A DNA stretch of 63,037 nucleotides from NCBI GenBank assembly GCA_035703635.1, contig DASSXV010000034.1, positions 1 through 63,037 on the forward strand. The letters are read 5' to 3'. The notes below the pieces were generated by a model. That model was not told the origin of the DNA and did no database searches. It saw nothing but the letters and a program-made list of their open reading frames with translations. The stretch is from Trueperaceae bacterium (GTDB lineage Bacteria; Deinococcota; Deinococci; Deinococcales; Trueperaceae). Of the stretch, positions 1 through 10,229 are shown one piece after another; positions within the stretch are counted from its first letter, which is position 1, and the number at the start of each line of letters is the position of its first letter. A program made the translations under genes and the position numbers.

Positions 1-1138
1 CGCTTACTTCGACTAGGTCGATGCCGTACTCGTGCTTCGCTTCCGCCGCGTCCGCGATGCCGTCGTGGACGACCGTCGTCACCCCGAAATCGGCTAGCTC
101 GGCGAGGATGTCCGGCACGCGGCTGTTACGCAGGTCTGGCACATTCTCCTTGAAGGTCAGGCCGAGAACGCCAACCCGCGCACCGTTTATGCGTCCACCG
201 CTGGCGGCTAGGAGCTTGACGACCTTCTGGGCAACGAAGGCGCCCATGCCGTCGTTGATGCGCCGCCCAGCGAGGATGACTTGCGGGATGTAACCGACTT
301 CCTCGGCCTTGGTCGTTAGGTAGTACGGGTCGACGCCGATGCAGTGCCCGCCGACCAGGCCTGGCCGGAACGGTAGGAAGTTCCACTTCGTACCCGCCGC
401 CTCAAGCACTTCGAGCGTGTTGATGTCTAGGCGGTCGAAGATCAGCGCCAGCTCGTTCATCAGGGCGATGTTGAGGTCGCGTTGGGTGTTCTCGATGACC
501 TTGGCGGCCTCCGCGACCTTGATGCTGCTGGCGCGGTGCACGCCAGCGTCGATGATGCCGCCGTAAACGGCCGCGACGCGCTCGAGGGTCGGCGCGTCCT
601 GGCCCGAGACGACCTTGACGATGCGCCTGAGCGTGTGCTCCTTGTCGCCAGGGTTGATGCGCTCAGGGGAGTAGCCGAGCGTGAAGTCGACGCCCGCCTT
701 GAGGCCGGAGGCCTCCTCGAGGATCGGACCGCAGAACTCCTCCGTTACGCCGGGGTAGACGGTCGACTCGTAGACCACGACGGCGCCTGGCTTCAGGGCG
801 CGGCCGACGACGCGGCTAGCGGAGGCGAGGGGTCTCAGGTCCGGCCGGTTGACGTGGTCGATGGGAGTGGGAACCGCGACGACGAAGAAGGTGGCGCTAG
901 CAAGGTCGGCCTCGTCTGTCGTGAACATGACCTTGGTGGCCGCCAGTTCGGCGGCGTCCGCCTCGGCCGTCTGGTCCTCGCCGGCCCGCAGGCGCGCGAT
1001 CTTGGCCGTGTCGATGTCGAAGCCAACCACGTTCGGGTAGGCCTCTGCGAACGCCAGCGTCACCGGCAACCCGACGTAACCCTGGCCGATGACGGCTATG
1101 CGTTCGGCGTGCTGCTGTGATGTGGGCGACTGCGGCAT
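1..1138 (-). CDS. Nucleotide-sugar dehydrogenase (UDP-glucose/GDP-mannose dehydrogenase family, TviB/WbpO-like); 3' end runs off the window
   Basis: Not in the ORF track because it has no stop in the window. Manual translation gives [25 protein letters not shown] (Rossmann motif) and the catalytic motif [26 protein letters not shown]. Confidence 0.9.
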   Translation of the reverse strand, partial: MPQSPTSQQHAERIAVIGQGYVGLPVTLAFAEAYPNVVGFDIDTAKIARLRAGEDQTAEADAAELAATKVMFTTDEADLASATFFVVAVPTPIDHVNRPDLRPLASASRVVGRALKPGAVVVYESTVYPGVTEEFCGPILEEASGLKAGVDFTLGYSPERINPGDKEHTLRRIVKVVSGQDAPTLERVAAVYGGIIDAGVHRASSIKVAEAAKVIENTQRDLNIALMNELALIFDRLDINTLEVLEAAGTKWNFLPFRPGLVGGHCIGVDPYYLTTKAEEVGYIPQVILAGRRINDGMGAFVAQKVVKLLAASGGRINGARVGVLGLTFKENVPDLRNSRVPDILAELADFGVTTVVHDGIADAAEAKHEYGIDLVEVS

Positions 1139-1350
1139 TGAGCAACCAACTTTCTCAGGGTGATGCGAGCGGCGCGCGCGGTGCGCACCGCTGAGGACGC
1201 GAAGGCCACTCTATCGGGGAGGCGCCTGGCGCTGTGCGCCAAAACTCACGGTATAGTCGGCATTTCGAGCGGTTGGTGCCGCAGCGTGCGGCCTCCGCCG
1301 CCTCCGGAAGCTACCGGACGAGGCACCTTACCCTCGCGGAGGTTCCTCAC

Positions 1351-1722
1351 ATGCCAGTACTAACCATCGACGGCGTCAACCACGACGTCCAATACGGCCG
1401 CCGACTGGTGCTCGCCATCGCCGACGCCGGCGTCAACATCGGCCACCGCTGCGGTGGCCAGGCGCGCTGCACGACCTGCCGCGTCGAGTTCACGTCAGGC
1501 GAACCAGAAACCATGACCGACGCGGAGTCAGCCAAGTTGGAGGAAAAGGGCCTCATCGGCGCGGCGCGACTCGCTTGCCAGATCGTCGTCACGCACGACA
1601 TGGCCCTCACCCCACTCGTGACCCTGGAGAACCAACCAAACTGGCAGGACACCGGCCCGCGGCCAAGCGAGAGCGTCGAGCCGGCGCCGCAACCTGCATC
1701 AGGCGTTGCGACCCTGCGGTAG
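1351..1722 (+). CDS. 2Fe-2S ferredoxin-type protein
   Basis: Motifs HRCGGQARCTTCRV and RLACQI; GGAGG RBS before ATG 1351. Confidence 0.88.
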   Translation: MPVLTIDGVNHDVQYGRRLVLAIADAGVNIGHRCGGQARCTTCRVEFTSGEPETMTDAESAKLEEKGLIGAARLACQIVVTHDMALTPLVTLENQPNWQDTGPRPSESVEPAPQPASGVATLR

Positions 1723-2319
1723 CCAATCGCCGTTCCTGGCGTGCCACACCTCTACGGAGCTTGGCTCGAAGCGGCTGAGCGCCTCACCGGCCGCCGCCTC
1801 CTCTTGAGGGGTGGTGGCGACCGACACGAAAGTACGCGTGTCTGGCTTGCCTGGCGCGTGCTCTGGCGGCTCCGGTAGCGGCAGTGGGCTGTTGAAGATG
1901 TACCCGGCCGCGGCGAGCGCGATCCCGAACACGACGCCCCCGATGACCGCGGCCCAGAACGGCCCGACCGCCATGGCGGCCTGCTTGCCGAAGAGGTTAA
2001 GGAGCCCGGAGCCCATGAGCAGGCCGAGCAGCCCGAAGCCGAGCAGACCGACTATGAAGCCGAGTGCGGCCCCGTTGATCGGCGGCATCTCGCCGCGCTC
2101 CAACACGTAGGGGTCTGACTGGCGCTGTGCGCGCAGGACATCGTCTGATGCGCCAGGCACCACGCTGACTGCGCTGGGGTCGAAGCCGGCGTCGCCTAGG
2201 GCCGCCACTGCGTCGCGCGCGGCGGAGGGGTGGGCGTACTGCGCGGTGACCGTAACGCGCGGCTCGTGCACGGCGTGTCCGGTCGTTGCTGACTTGGAGT
2301 GAGCGCTGTCTTGAACCAT
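1699..2319 (-). CDS. Hypothetical membrane protein with two Gly-rich hydrophobic segments
   Basis: AGGAG RBS before ATG 2319; two hydrophobic stretches flanked by soluble regions. Confidence 0.65.
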   Translation of the reverse strand: MVQDSAHSKSATTGHAVHEPRVTVTAQYAHPSAARDAVAALGDAGFDPSAVSVVPGASDDVLRAQRQSDPYVLERGEMPPINGAALGFIVGLLGFGLLGLLMGSGLLNLFGKQAAMAVGPFWAAVIGGVVFGIALAAAGYIFNSPLPLPEPPEHAPGKPDTRTFVSVATTPQEEAAAGEALSRFEPSSVEVWHARNGDWLPQGRNA

Positions 2320-2479
2320 GTCGCTCCTTTCGTAAGGCCACACGCGAGCTGTTCAGCTGCGCGCGGCGTCCCGCTAATGCCGCCATGATAGCGCCACTTG
2401 AAGCCTGTCGGCCCGCGGAGGCCTTAGTTCGAGCGGGCGCGGCGGGTCCTCCGGCCGCTGGCCGCCGTGGAGTGCGACA

Positions 2480-4012
2480 ATGGCCCGCGTGAGCGCACGC
2501 CAGAGCACCCGCCGCGGGGCGATGACCCTGATGGTCGGAACATTAGCCAGCCGCGTCACTGGGCTGCTCAAGAACTCGCTGCTAGCACAGTTCTTCCCGA
2601 CCGCCGTCATCGACGCGTTCGTCACGGCCTTCAAGGTGCCCAACCTCTTCCGTGAACTGCTAGCAGAGGGCGCGCTGACCAACTCGTTCATACCGGTGTA
2701 CAAGCGCCTCGACCTGGAGGACGCACGCCGCATGGCCGGTGCCCTCCTCGCACTGCTGCTCATCGTCAACGGACTGCTCCTCGTCGGCGCCTACCTAGGG
2801 GCTCCGTTGGTGGCGAACCTGCTCATAGCCAGCAACGGCAACGTCGACGTGGTCCTCACGACGCGCCTCGTGCGCATCGTGTTCCCGTTCCTAACGGCCA
2901 TCTCACTCTCCGCGCTCGCCATGGGGCTCCTCAACGCGGAGGAGCGCTTCTTGGCCCCCGCCTGGGCGCCGGTCGCGCTGAACGTCGTGACCGTCACGCT
3001 CATGGCGCTGTTCCCTGGGCAGGCGGTGATGCTGGCTGCCGCTCACGTGCTCGGCGGGGTGGCGCAGTTGGCGGTGCAGTTGCCCGCCCTCGCACGCGCC
3101 AAGCTCCTGCCGCGCATGGCTGGACTGTGGCACCCGGCGTTAGCTTCGGTGCTGCTGCTCATGGTGCCGTTCGCGTTCACGGCGGGCGGGCGTCAGGTGC
3201 TCAACGTGGTGGCGTCCAACATCATCACGGGCATCGACGCGGGTGCTCAGGGCGCCTTCTACCTCGCCGACCTGTTCCTCAGCTTGGCCCTTGGGCTCTT
3301 CAGCATCTCACCGGCCCTCGCGTACTACTCGCGGCTCTCAGACCACGCCGTGCATGCCCCAGAGGCGTTCGCGCCGACCTTGGCCGAGGGGTTGCGGTTC
3401 ATCACGTTCCTGACGGTCCCCGCCGGGGTGGCGCTCGCGCTGTTGGCCGCGCCAGCCGTCGACGTGGTGTACAACTGGCGCTCTCTCATGGGCACGCCGA
3501 TGGACGCGCAACTGCGCTCCTTCACGATCGCGGCCACCATGCCGCTAGGGTTCGCGGTGTTCCCGATCGGCGCCTTCAACCTGCTCGTCCGCACCTTCTA
3601 CGTGAGGAGGTTGGTGCGCACGCCCGTCCTGCTCGTGCTCATCTTCCTCAGCGTGCAAGGCGCGCTGTACTGGGCGCTGTCGCACGTGTGGGGCATCGCT
3701 GGCGTGGCCTGGGCAACGGCCATCGCTGCGTGGCTGCAACTGCTTGTCGCGGCGTACCTCGTAGCGCGCCGCGAGGGTTTCGGCCTCGCGGCCTGGGCGC
3801 GCGAGGCCGCCAAGGTGTGGCTAGCGACCGGCGTGGCGGCTGGCGCCGCCGCGCTCGCGCTTTACCTCGTGCCTCTGCCTGCTGGTTGGTGGGGCCAGGT
3901 CGCGCGCCTCGTCGTCGGCGGCGCGGTGCTCATGGCGGCGTTCGCTGGCGTTGGCGCCGCGCTCGGCCTGCCAGAGCTGAAAACCCTGGCAGGGCGTTTG
4001 CGGCGCCGCTGA
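2480..4012 (+). CDS. murJ: Lipid II flippase MurJ/MviN
   Basis: Motifs SRVTGL, DAFVTAFKVPNLFRELLAEGALTNSFIPVY; multiple TM helices; 510 aa. Confidence 0.93.
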   Translation: MARVSARQSTRRGAMTLMVGTLASRVTGLLKNSLLAQFFPTAVIDAFVTAFKVPNLFRELLAEGALTNSFIPVYKRLDLEDARRMAGALLALLLIVNGLLLVGAYLGAPLVANLLIASNGNVDVVLTTRLVRIVFPFLTAISLSALAMGLLNAEERFLAPAWAPVALNVVTVTLMALFPGQAVMLAAAHVLGGVAQLAVQLPALARAKLLPRMAGLWHPALASVLLLMVPFAFTAGGRQVLNVVASNIITGIDAGAQGAFYLADLFLSLALGLFSISPALAYYSRLSDHAVHAPEAFAPTLAEGLRFITFLTVPAGVALALLAAPAVDVVYNWRSLMGTPMDAQLRSFTIAATMPLGFAVFPIGAFNLLVRTFYVRRLVRTPVLLVLIFLSVQGALYWALSHVWGIAGVAWATAIAAWLQLLVAAYLVARREGFGLAAWAREAAKVWLATGVAAGAAALALYLVPLPAGWWGQVARLVVGGAVLMAAFAGVGAALGLPELKTLAGRLRRR

Positions 4013-4021
4013 GCGGGTGTA

Positions 4022-5248
4022 TCAGACGCGCTTGAAGATGACCGCGGCGTTCTGACCGCCGAACGCGAAGTTCGTCGAGATGGCGGCGTTGACTACCGCC
4101 TCGCGCGCGACGTTCGGGATGTAGTCGAGATCGAGTTCCGGGTCCGGATCCATGTAGTTACGCGTTGGAGGCAAGACGCCGTGGTGAATGGCCTGCACGG
4201 TAGCAACGCCCTCGATGCCGCCAGCCGCCCCGAGGGTGTGGCCGGTCATCGACTTGGTCGACGAGGCAGGAGGCACCTTCCCGGCGCCCCACACGGCCTT
4301 GAAGGCCAAGGTCTCGTTGAGGTCGTTGGCAGGCGTGCTCGTGCCGTGCGCGTTGATGTACCCGATGTCTTCCGGGTTCATCTTGGCGTCTCTCAGCGCA
4401 CGCGTGATGGCCGCGATGGCGCCCGTGCCGCCAGGGGCGGGCGCCGTGATGTGGTGCGCGTCCGCGCTAGTGCCGTAACCGACGATCTCGGCATAGATGC
4501 GCGCACCGCGCTTGACGGCCCGCTCGTACTCCTCGAGCACGAGGATGCCAGCGCCCTCGCCCGCCACGAAGCCGTCGCGGCTGGCCGTGAACGGCCGACT
4601 GGCAGTCTCGGGGCTGTCGTTGCGCGTGGAGAGCGCCTTCATGACCGCGAAGCCGCCGATGCCCATCGGCGTGATCGGCGCCTCGGTGCCGCCCGCGAAG
4701 ACGACTTCAGCCTCGCCGCGCTGGATCATGCGGTACGCGTCACCGATGTTGCCGGTGCCGGTCGCGCAGGCGGTGACGACGCTCGAGCTTGGCCCGGTCA
4801 AGTGATAGCGCATGGCGACGTGGCCGCTAGCCATGTTGGCTATGAGCATGGGGATGAAGAACGGGCTGATACGCATGGCGGTGCGCTCGAAGCGGATCTT
4901 CGACTGAGCCTCCCACGTATCGAGGCCCCCGATGCCAGAACCGATGCAAGTGCCCGTGAGGTCGCCTGCGACCTCCTCGGCAGTGAGGCCAGAGTCGGCC
5001 AACGCCAAGTCGGCGCCGATGAGCGCGAACTGCACGAAGCGGTCTAGGCGCTTGGCTTCCTTGGTTTCGAGGTACTGATGCACGTCGACGTCGACCTCGC
5101 CAGCGAACCTCACGGACAGATCGCTAGCGTCGAACAACGTTATGGGTCGGATGCCGTTCCTCGCCTCGTGTTGCGCTGCCAAGAAGTTGGCTGCGCCGAC
5201 ACCTATCGGCGTTACAGGACCGACTCCGGTGACAACAACTCTTTTCAT
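4022..5248 (-). CDS. fabF: 3-oxoacyl-ACP synthase II
   Basis: Motifs KRVVVTG, TACATG, YINAHGTST, KSMTGH, NFAFGGQN. Confidence 0.96.
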   Translation of the reverse strand: MKRVVVTGVGPVTPIGVGAANFLAAQHEARNGIRPITLFDASDLSVRFAGEVDVDVHQYLETKEAKRLDRFVQFALIGADLALADSGLTAEEVAGDLTGTCIGSGIGGLDTWEAQSKIRFERTAMRISPFFIPMLIANMASGHVAMRYHLTGPSSSVVTACATGTGNIGDAYRMIQRGEAEVVFAGGTEAPITPMGIGGFAVMKALSTRNDSPETASRPFTASRDGFVAGEGAGILVLEEYERAVKRGARIYAEIVGYGTSADAHHITAPAPGGTGAIAAITRALRDAKMNPEDIGYINAHGTSTPANDLNETLAFKAVWGAGKVPPASSTKSMTGHTLGAAGGIEGVATVQAIHHGVLPPTRNYMDPDPELDLDYIPNVAREAVVNAAISTNFAFGGQNAAVIFKRV

Positions 5249-5308
5249 GGTCGCCCCCAGGGTAACTCGGGCGCGATCGGAGTCAGGTAGCCCGGAGTGG
5301 TGCCTGGC

Positions 5309-5341
5309 GCCCCCCGTATGAGCGAGGTCATACGCGGGGGC
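5309..5341 (-). terminator. GC-rich stem-loop between acpP and fabF (terminator-like or mRNA-stabilising)
   Basis: GCCCCCCGTATGA / TCATACGCGGGGGC inverted repeat just downstream of the acpP stop; no U-tract. Confidence 0.5.
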
Positions 5342-5347
5342 TCAAGG

Positions 5348-5587
5348 TCATTGCTTGTCTGAGATGAAGCGGACGGCGTCGCCGACAGTGCGGATGCCTT
5401 CGGCTTCGTCGTCAGAGATCTCTACCCCGAACTCATCTTCGAGGCCCATGATCAGCTCTACGACGTCGAGCGAATCGGCGCCCAGGTCGTCCATGAAGCG
5501 CGACTCTTCGGTGACGTCGCTAGGGTCGGCGTCGAGCTTGTCGGCTACGACGTCCTTTATCTTTTCCAGGATCTCATGTTCGTCCAC
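5348..5587 (-). CDS. acpP: Acyl carrier protein
   Basis: [14 protein letters not shown] phosphopantetheine motif; acidic, 79 aa; GAGGAGG RBS. Confidence 0.96.
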   Translation of the reverse strand: MDEHEILEKIKDVVADKLDADPSDVTEESRFMDDLGADSLDVVELIMGLEDEFGVEISDDEAEGIRTVGDAVRFISDKQ

Positions 5588-5645
5588 GGTGTTTCCTCCT
5601 CAGCAGCGGCTTGCGGCCGCGGCCATGTTTTGCACGTCTTGCGGG

Positions 5646-5654
5646 AGTCTAGCA
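5646..5654 (-). promoter_or_regulatory. Extended -10 (TGcTAGACT), probable acpP promoter
   Basis: TGnTAnnnT on the minus strand about 60 nt upstream of acpP; the same 9-mer recurs at 11764 and 30470. Confidence 0.5.
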
Positions 5655-5746
5655 CGGGTTCTTCCCGCGTTTGCCTGACGTATTAGCCGCTTTGCGGCCA
5701 AGATTCGCCTCGCTGCCCTCGTAAGAGGCGCGGAGCCTTTGCGATG

Positions 5747-6493
5747 CTAGTGCATGACCATCCCACCGTCAACTACCAGCGTCTGGCCGTTCACGTAAGC
5801 CGCCTCGTCCGACGCTAGGAACGCGACCGCATTCGCCACGTCCTGAGGAGTTCCGAAGCGTCCTGCTGGGATCTCCTTGAGGTAAGCGTCGCGCAGTTCA
5901 GGCGTTAGGGCTGCGGTCATGTCCGACTCGATGAAGCCTGGCGCCACCGCGTTGACGGTCACGCCCTTCGCGGCGTACTCGCGCGCCAACGCCTTGGTCA
6001 GGCCAATGAGGCCGGCTTTCGCCGCCACGTAGTTCGCCTGGCCGGGGTTGCCGCGCAACGCCACGACCGACGACACGTTCACGACGCGCCCGAAGCCCGT
6101 GCGCAGCATGCCGCGCAGCGCGCCGCGCGCGAGGTAGAAGGCCGAGGAGAGGTTCGTGTTGAGCACGCGCTGCCAATCGTCGTCCTTCATGCGCAGAACG
6201 AGCGTGTCTTTGGTGACGCCCGCGTTGTTGACGAGCACGTCGAGGGCGCCGAACTCCTCGGTGACGGCCTTAATGAGCTCTTGGCACGCCGCCGGGTCGG
6301 CGACGTCGGCGCCGAACGCATGCGCCCGCCCGCCCGCCGCGACGACCGCTTGCACGACCTCGTCGGCCGGGCCGGCAGAGCTCACGTAATGCACGGCAAC
6401 GTCGTAACCGCGGCGGCCGAACGTCTCGGCCATGGCGCGGCCAAGCCCACGGCTCGAGCCCGTCACAAGTACGACCCGCTTACCTTCGCTCAT
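5747..6493 (-). CDS. fabG: 3-oxoacyl-ACP reductase
   Basis: Motifs TGSSRGLG, NNAG, YVAAK, NAVAPGFI; ATG overlaps the fabD stop (ATGA). Confidence 0.95.
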   Translation of the reverse strand: MSEGKRVVLVTGSSRGLGRAMAETFGRRGYDVAVHYVSSAGPADEVVQAVVAAGGRAHAFGADVADPAACQELIKAVTEEFGALDVLVNNAGVTKDTLVLRMKDDDWQRVLNTNLSSAFYLARGALRGMLRTGFGRVVNVSSVVALRGNPGQANYVAAKAGLIGLTKALAREYAAKGVTVNAVAPGFIESDMTAALTPELRDAYLKEIPAGRFGTPQDVANAVAFLASDEAAYVNGQTLVVDGGMVMH

Positions 6494-7437
6494 GCAGGTT
6501 CCCCCTCGCTCGAGGACGCAACGGCCGCTGCCAGCGACGCTGAGTCGGTGACGGCAGCGCCTGCTGCGCCTGGCAGGATGCGTTCTAGCAAGGCGGTTAG
6601 GACCTTGCCGGACCCGAACTCTATGTAGCGCGTTGCGCCCAGTGCGCTGAGCTGCTGCACGCACTCGACCCACCGCACTGGCGCCGTTACCTGCTCGGTC
6701 AGGAGGCCAGCGGCGCTAGCCGCGTTAGGCAGCGGCTCGGCGGTGACGTTGCACACGACAACGAAGGCGGGCTCGTCGAAGACCTCAGTCGCGAGGTCGG
6801 CAGCCAGGCGCTCGGCGGCCGGCTGCATGAGGGGCGAGTGGAAGGGCGCGCTCACCTTGAGAGGTATGACGCGCGCGCCGCGCTCCTTCAGCACGGCCGC
6901 GGCGCGTTCGACTCCGGCGGCCGAGCCGGACACCACGGTCTGGCCGGGAGCGTTGAGGTTGGCTACGGCGACTACCTCCTGAGGACCCAGGTCCGCGAGG
7001 ACCTCGCGTATGGTGCTCTCCTCGAGCTTGAGGACCGCTGCCATGGCGCCAGCGCCTGGCGCTACGGCCGCCTGCATGTACGCGCCGCGCTTGCGCACGA
7101 GCCGCACCGCCGCGCTGACGCTCAAGCAGCCTGCGGCGACGAGCGCCGTGTACTCGCCGAGCGAGTGCCCTGCGGCGAAGTGCGCCTCCGCGCCACCCGC
7201 CTCGCGGTAAGCCGCGTAAGCCGCGGCGCCCGCCGCCACCAGCGCGGGCTGCTGGTTGGCCGTCAACTGCAGCTCTTCTGCTGGGCCCTCCCACATCAGG
7301 GCGAGGAGGCCCGGCAGCGTTGCCTCGGCCTCGTCTAGCACACGCTTGGCGGCAGGAGACGCCGAGTAGAGCTCTTGCGCCATGCCTACTGCCTGCGAGC
7401 CTTGGCCGGGGAAGAGCGCGGCAACGCGCTGGGTCAC
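6490..7437 (-). CDS. fabD: Malonyl-CoA-ACP transacylase
   Basis: Motifs FPGQGSQ, GHSLGEY, VSAPFHS. Confidence 0.96.
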   Translation of the reverse strand: MTQRVAALFPGQGSQAVGMAQELYSASPAAKRVLDEAEATLPGLLALMWEGPAEELQLTANQQPALVAAGAAAYAAYREAGGAEAHFAAGHSLGEYTALVAAGCLSVSAAVRLVRKRGAYMQAAVAPGAGAMAAVLKLEESTIREVLADLGPQEVVAVANLNAPGQTVVSGSAAGVERAAAVLKERGARVIPLKVSAPFHSPLMQPAAERLAADLATEVFDEPAFVVVCNVTAEPLPNAASAAGLLTEQVTAPVRWVECVQQLSALGATRYIEFGSGKVLTALLERILPGAAGAAVTDSASLAAAVASSSEGEPA

Positions 7438-8423
7438 ACCGGACCCCAGGTCAGGACGGAAGCCGCCCAGGTGAGGCCCGCTCCGAACGAGACGAGCAGG
7501 AGGTTGTCGCCGGCAGCGATCTGACCGGCATCCAGCGCGTGGCGCAGTGCCAGCGGGATGCTGGCCGTCGAGTTGTTGCCGTACTCGTCGACCGTGACGA
7601 CGACGCGCTCGCGCGGCAAGCTGAGGCGCTCGCGGGCGGCCTCGATGATGCGGAGGTTCGCCTGGTGCGGCACGAACAGCGAGATGTCGGCCACGGTCAG
7701 GCCGGCCTTCTGCACGGCCTCGAGCGTCGCGGTGTTCATGACGCGCACCGCGAACTTGTAGACCTCACGGCCGTTCATGTAGAGCGAGTCGGATAGGGGA
7801 GTGCCGCTCGGCAGGCACGCACCGACGGCGCGCTTGTGGAGCTGGTCTGCGCCGGAGCCGTCCGCGCCCATCACGACGCCCTTGATGCCGTACGGTTCTG
7901 GCACGGCCTCGATGATGGCGGCGCCAGCCCCGTCGCCGAAGAGCACGGCGGTGGAGCGGTCGTTCCAGTCGACGATCTTCGTCAGGGCCTCCGCGCCGAT
8001 GGCCAGCACGCGCTTGCACTGGCCGGCCTCTACGAGGCTCTTGGCGATGCCGACGGCGTACAACCAGCCTGGGCAGGCCGCCAAGAGGTCGAACGCTCCG
8101 GCTGACAGCTTGAACTTGTCCTGCACGAGCGCGGCTGTGGCCGGGAAGAGCGCGTCTGGCGTGTTCGTGGCGACGATGACCATGTCGACCCCGGCCAGCG
8201 CGTCGTCGCCGTGGCGGGCGAGCAGGTCCTCCACGGCCCGGAACGCCAAGTCAGAGGTGAACTCGTTGTCGGCGGCGACGTGGCGGCGCTTGATGCCCGT
8301 GCGCGTGGTGATCCACTCGTCGGACGTGTCCATGATCTTCTCTAGGTCTTCGTTGCTGACGATGTTGGAGGGCGCGTAAGCGCCCAGCGCGGTAACGCCC
8401 GCCCTAGTCTTCGCTTGGCTCAC
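7434..8423 (-). CDS. fabH: 3-oxoacyl-ACP synthase III
   Basis: Motifs DTSDEWITTRTGI, AAC, FGDGAGA, PHQAN, YGNNS, FGAG; GTG start at 8423 chosen from expected length. Confidence 0.94.
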   Translation of the reverse strand: MSQAKTRAGVTALGAYAPSNIVSNEDLEKIMDTSDEWITTRTGIKRRHVAADNEFTSDLAFRAVEDLLARHGDDALAGVDMVIVATNTPDALFPATAALVQDKFKLSAGAFDLLAACPGWLYAVGIAKSLVEAGQCKRVLAIGAEALTKIVDWNDRSTAVLFGDGAGAAIIEAVPEPYGIKGVVMGADGSGADQLHKRAVGACLPSGTPLSDSLYMNGREVYKFAVRVMNTATLEAVQKAGLTVADISLFVPHQANLRIIEAARERLSLPRERVVVTVDEYGNNSTASIPLALRHALDAGQIAAGDNLLLVSFGAGLTWAASVLTWGPV

Positions 8424-8573
8424 TCGGCACCTGCTTGGGGAGCGGTCGCTAGCCGAGTAAGCGGCGACCGGTAGGAGAAAGGACGGCCGAAGCCGTCCTG
8501 GCAGGGCCACTCTGGCCCGCGGGCAGTGAGGCCACCGCCAGCGCTGAAGGGCGCCGGCGCTGCCGGGACGGCA

Positions 8574-8759
8574 TCAAGCCTCCGCGATCACCTGACGGCC
8601 GTTATACGAACCGCACTCTGGGCACACGACGTGCGGCGGCTTCATGGCCTTGCACTGTGGGCACGCTACGAGCGTCGGCTCGCTTAGGGCATGGTGCGAG
8701 CGACGAGCGTCACGGCTGGAGGCCGAAGTGCGCTTCTTGGGTACTGGGTGCTTAGCCAT
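8574..8759 (-). CDS. rpmF: 50S ribosomal protein L32 (Zn-binding CxxC/CxxC type)
   Basis: MAKHPVPKKRTS...CPQC...CPEC; AGAAGGAG RBS. Confidence 0.95.
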   Translation of the reverse strand: MAKHPVPKKRTSASSRDARRSHHALSEPTLVACPQCKAMKPPHVVCPECGSYNGRQVIAEA

Positions 8760-8834
8760 CTGGTCCAAACTCCTTCTGAATAGCTCGCGGTGACGCGAGT
8801 GTTGTTCGGCTCAAGGCAGCCGCCTGGCGGGCGG

Positions 8835-9416
8835 TCAGGCCGAGATGTCGATGTCTTTCAGCGCGGCGAAAGGCGAAACGCCTTCGGTCACCACTTGTGG
8901 CTTGCGCTTGGGCGCCAACTCGGGGTGCTCGTTGAGGTTCACGCCGTTCTCGTCCAGGCCGAGGCAGCCGGGCCGACAGACCGCCGTGATCGGCAGTTCG
9001 ATGGCCACGAGTTCGGTGAGGAACGCGCTGAAGTCTACCGCGAACGAGCCGAAGATCAGCAGCTCGTCGTCGCCTTCCTTGCTGTCCTCGTCGAGAACGA
9101 GGGGCAAGTCGGAAGGCCGGTACTCCATGGGGTAGACGAAGGTGGTGCGCACCTTGGTGTCTACGTCCGTGAGGCAACGGCGGCACTCCATGATGACGGT
9201 GCCTTCGACGGCGCCTTCTAGAACGAAGTCGTCGTCGCCACCCGCGTTCATGACAGTAAGGCGCCACCTGAGTGGTTCCTTGAGCCGTATGCCGTCGGCT
9301 TCTAGCAGTTCAGGTGCAGGCGTCAACAGACCCTCTGCGCTAACCTCGGACGGCTGGCCCGGGGAGTGCTGCAAGAGTGAGGCTAAGTTGAGTACCGCTG
9401 AGTCGCTAGACTGCAT
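8835..9416 (-). CDS. yceD: YceD/DUF177 family protein
   Basis: Motifs ECRRCL, CRPGCLGL, SPFAALK; conserved position upstream of rpmF. Confidence 0.88.
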   Translation of the reverse strand: MQSSDSAVLNLASLLQHSPGQPSEVSAEGLLTPAPELLEADGIRLKEPLRWRLTVMNAGGDDDFVLEGAVEGTVIMECRRCLTDVDTKVRTTFVYPMEYRPSDLPLVLDEDSKEGDDELLIFGSFAVDFSAFLTELVAIELPITAVCRPGCLGLDENGVNLNEHPELAPKRKPQVVTEGVSPFAALKDIDISA

Positions 9417-9424
9417 CCCTTGAA

Positions 9425-9452
9425 AGTATAGGCCTGGTGTGCTGGCTGTCAA
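9425..9452 (-). promoter_or_regulatory. Sigma-A promoter for the yceD-rpmF-fab operon (near-leaderless)
   Basis: TTGACA-16 nt-TATACT on the minus strand, 8 nt before the yceD ATG. Confidence 0.7.
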
Positions 9453-9527
9453 GTTGCGCCGAACGACGACTTGTCTGCAGCGCGGCCGGCGTGAAGAGCG
9501 CAGAGGCAAGGTTATGCTCGGCCGCAC

Positions 9528-10229
9528 ATGTTTCTCGTCATCCCAGCAGTCGACATCCAGCAAGGCAGAGCAGTTCGCCTCTACGAGGGCGATCCAGAGC
9601 GTGAGACCGTCTACTTCAAGGACCCGGTTGACGCCGCCGTCAAGTGGGACGGCCTCGGCGCGAAGTGGCTGCACGTCGTCGACCTCGACGCCAGCCTAGG
9701 CCGCGGCGACAACACGGCGCTGGTTGCCCGCTTGGTGGCTAGCGTCGACGCCAAGGTCGAGCTAGGCGGCGGGGTGCGCAGCCTGGAAGCGGCGCAACGC
9801 TGGCTTGCTGTGCTCGACAAGGTGGTGCTCGGCACGGTCGCCGTCACGCAACCGGAGGTCGTCGAGCGCCTCGTGACCGACTTCGGGCCCGAGCGCGTGT
9901 GCGTCTCCATCGACGCTCGTGACGGCCTCGTCGCGGTGCGCGGCTGGGTGGAGACGACGGCGGTCGACGCCATCTCCCTCGCCAAGCGCGTCGCCGAACA
10001 GGGCGTCACCCACGTCATCTACACGGACGTCGGGCGCGACGGCACCATGCTCGGCGTCGATGAGGAACCCGTCGCGCGCATGCGTGACGCCTTCGCGGGT
10101 AGCCTCGTCGCCGGTGGCGGCGTGGCAACGGACGCAGACCTCGACCTCTACGAGCGCCTCGGGCTGCAGGGCGCCATCGTCGGCCGGGCGCTGTACGAGG
10201 GGAAGATCACTTATCCCAGAACTACCTGA
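9528..10229 (+). CDS. hisA: ProFAR isomerase HisA
   Basis: Motifs VIPAVDIQQGRAVRL, LHVVDLD, GGGVR, SIDAR, YTDVGRDG, GRALYEG. Confidence 0.93.
   Translation: MFLVIPAVDIQQGRAVRLYEGDPERETVYFKDPVDAAVKWDGLGAKWLHVVDLDASLGRGDNTALVARLVASVDAKVELGGGVRSLEAAQRWLAVLDKVVLGTVAVTQPEVVERLVTDFGPERVCVSIDARDGLVAVRGWVETTAVDAISLAKRVAEQGVTHVIYTDVGRDGTMLGVDEEPVARMRDAFAGSLVAGGGVATDADLDLYERLGLQGAIVGRALYEGKITYPRTT

Noticed and set aside
8424-8573. Missing plsX between rpmF and fabH
   Set aside because: No remnant is visible, and as I recall this arrangement is normal in Thermus-type fab clusters.
9919-10212. Long N-terminal extension of mutM from the ORF track
   Set aside because: It lies inside hisA in another frame and would block the catalytic N-terminal proline.
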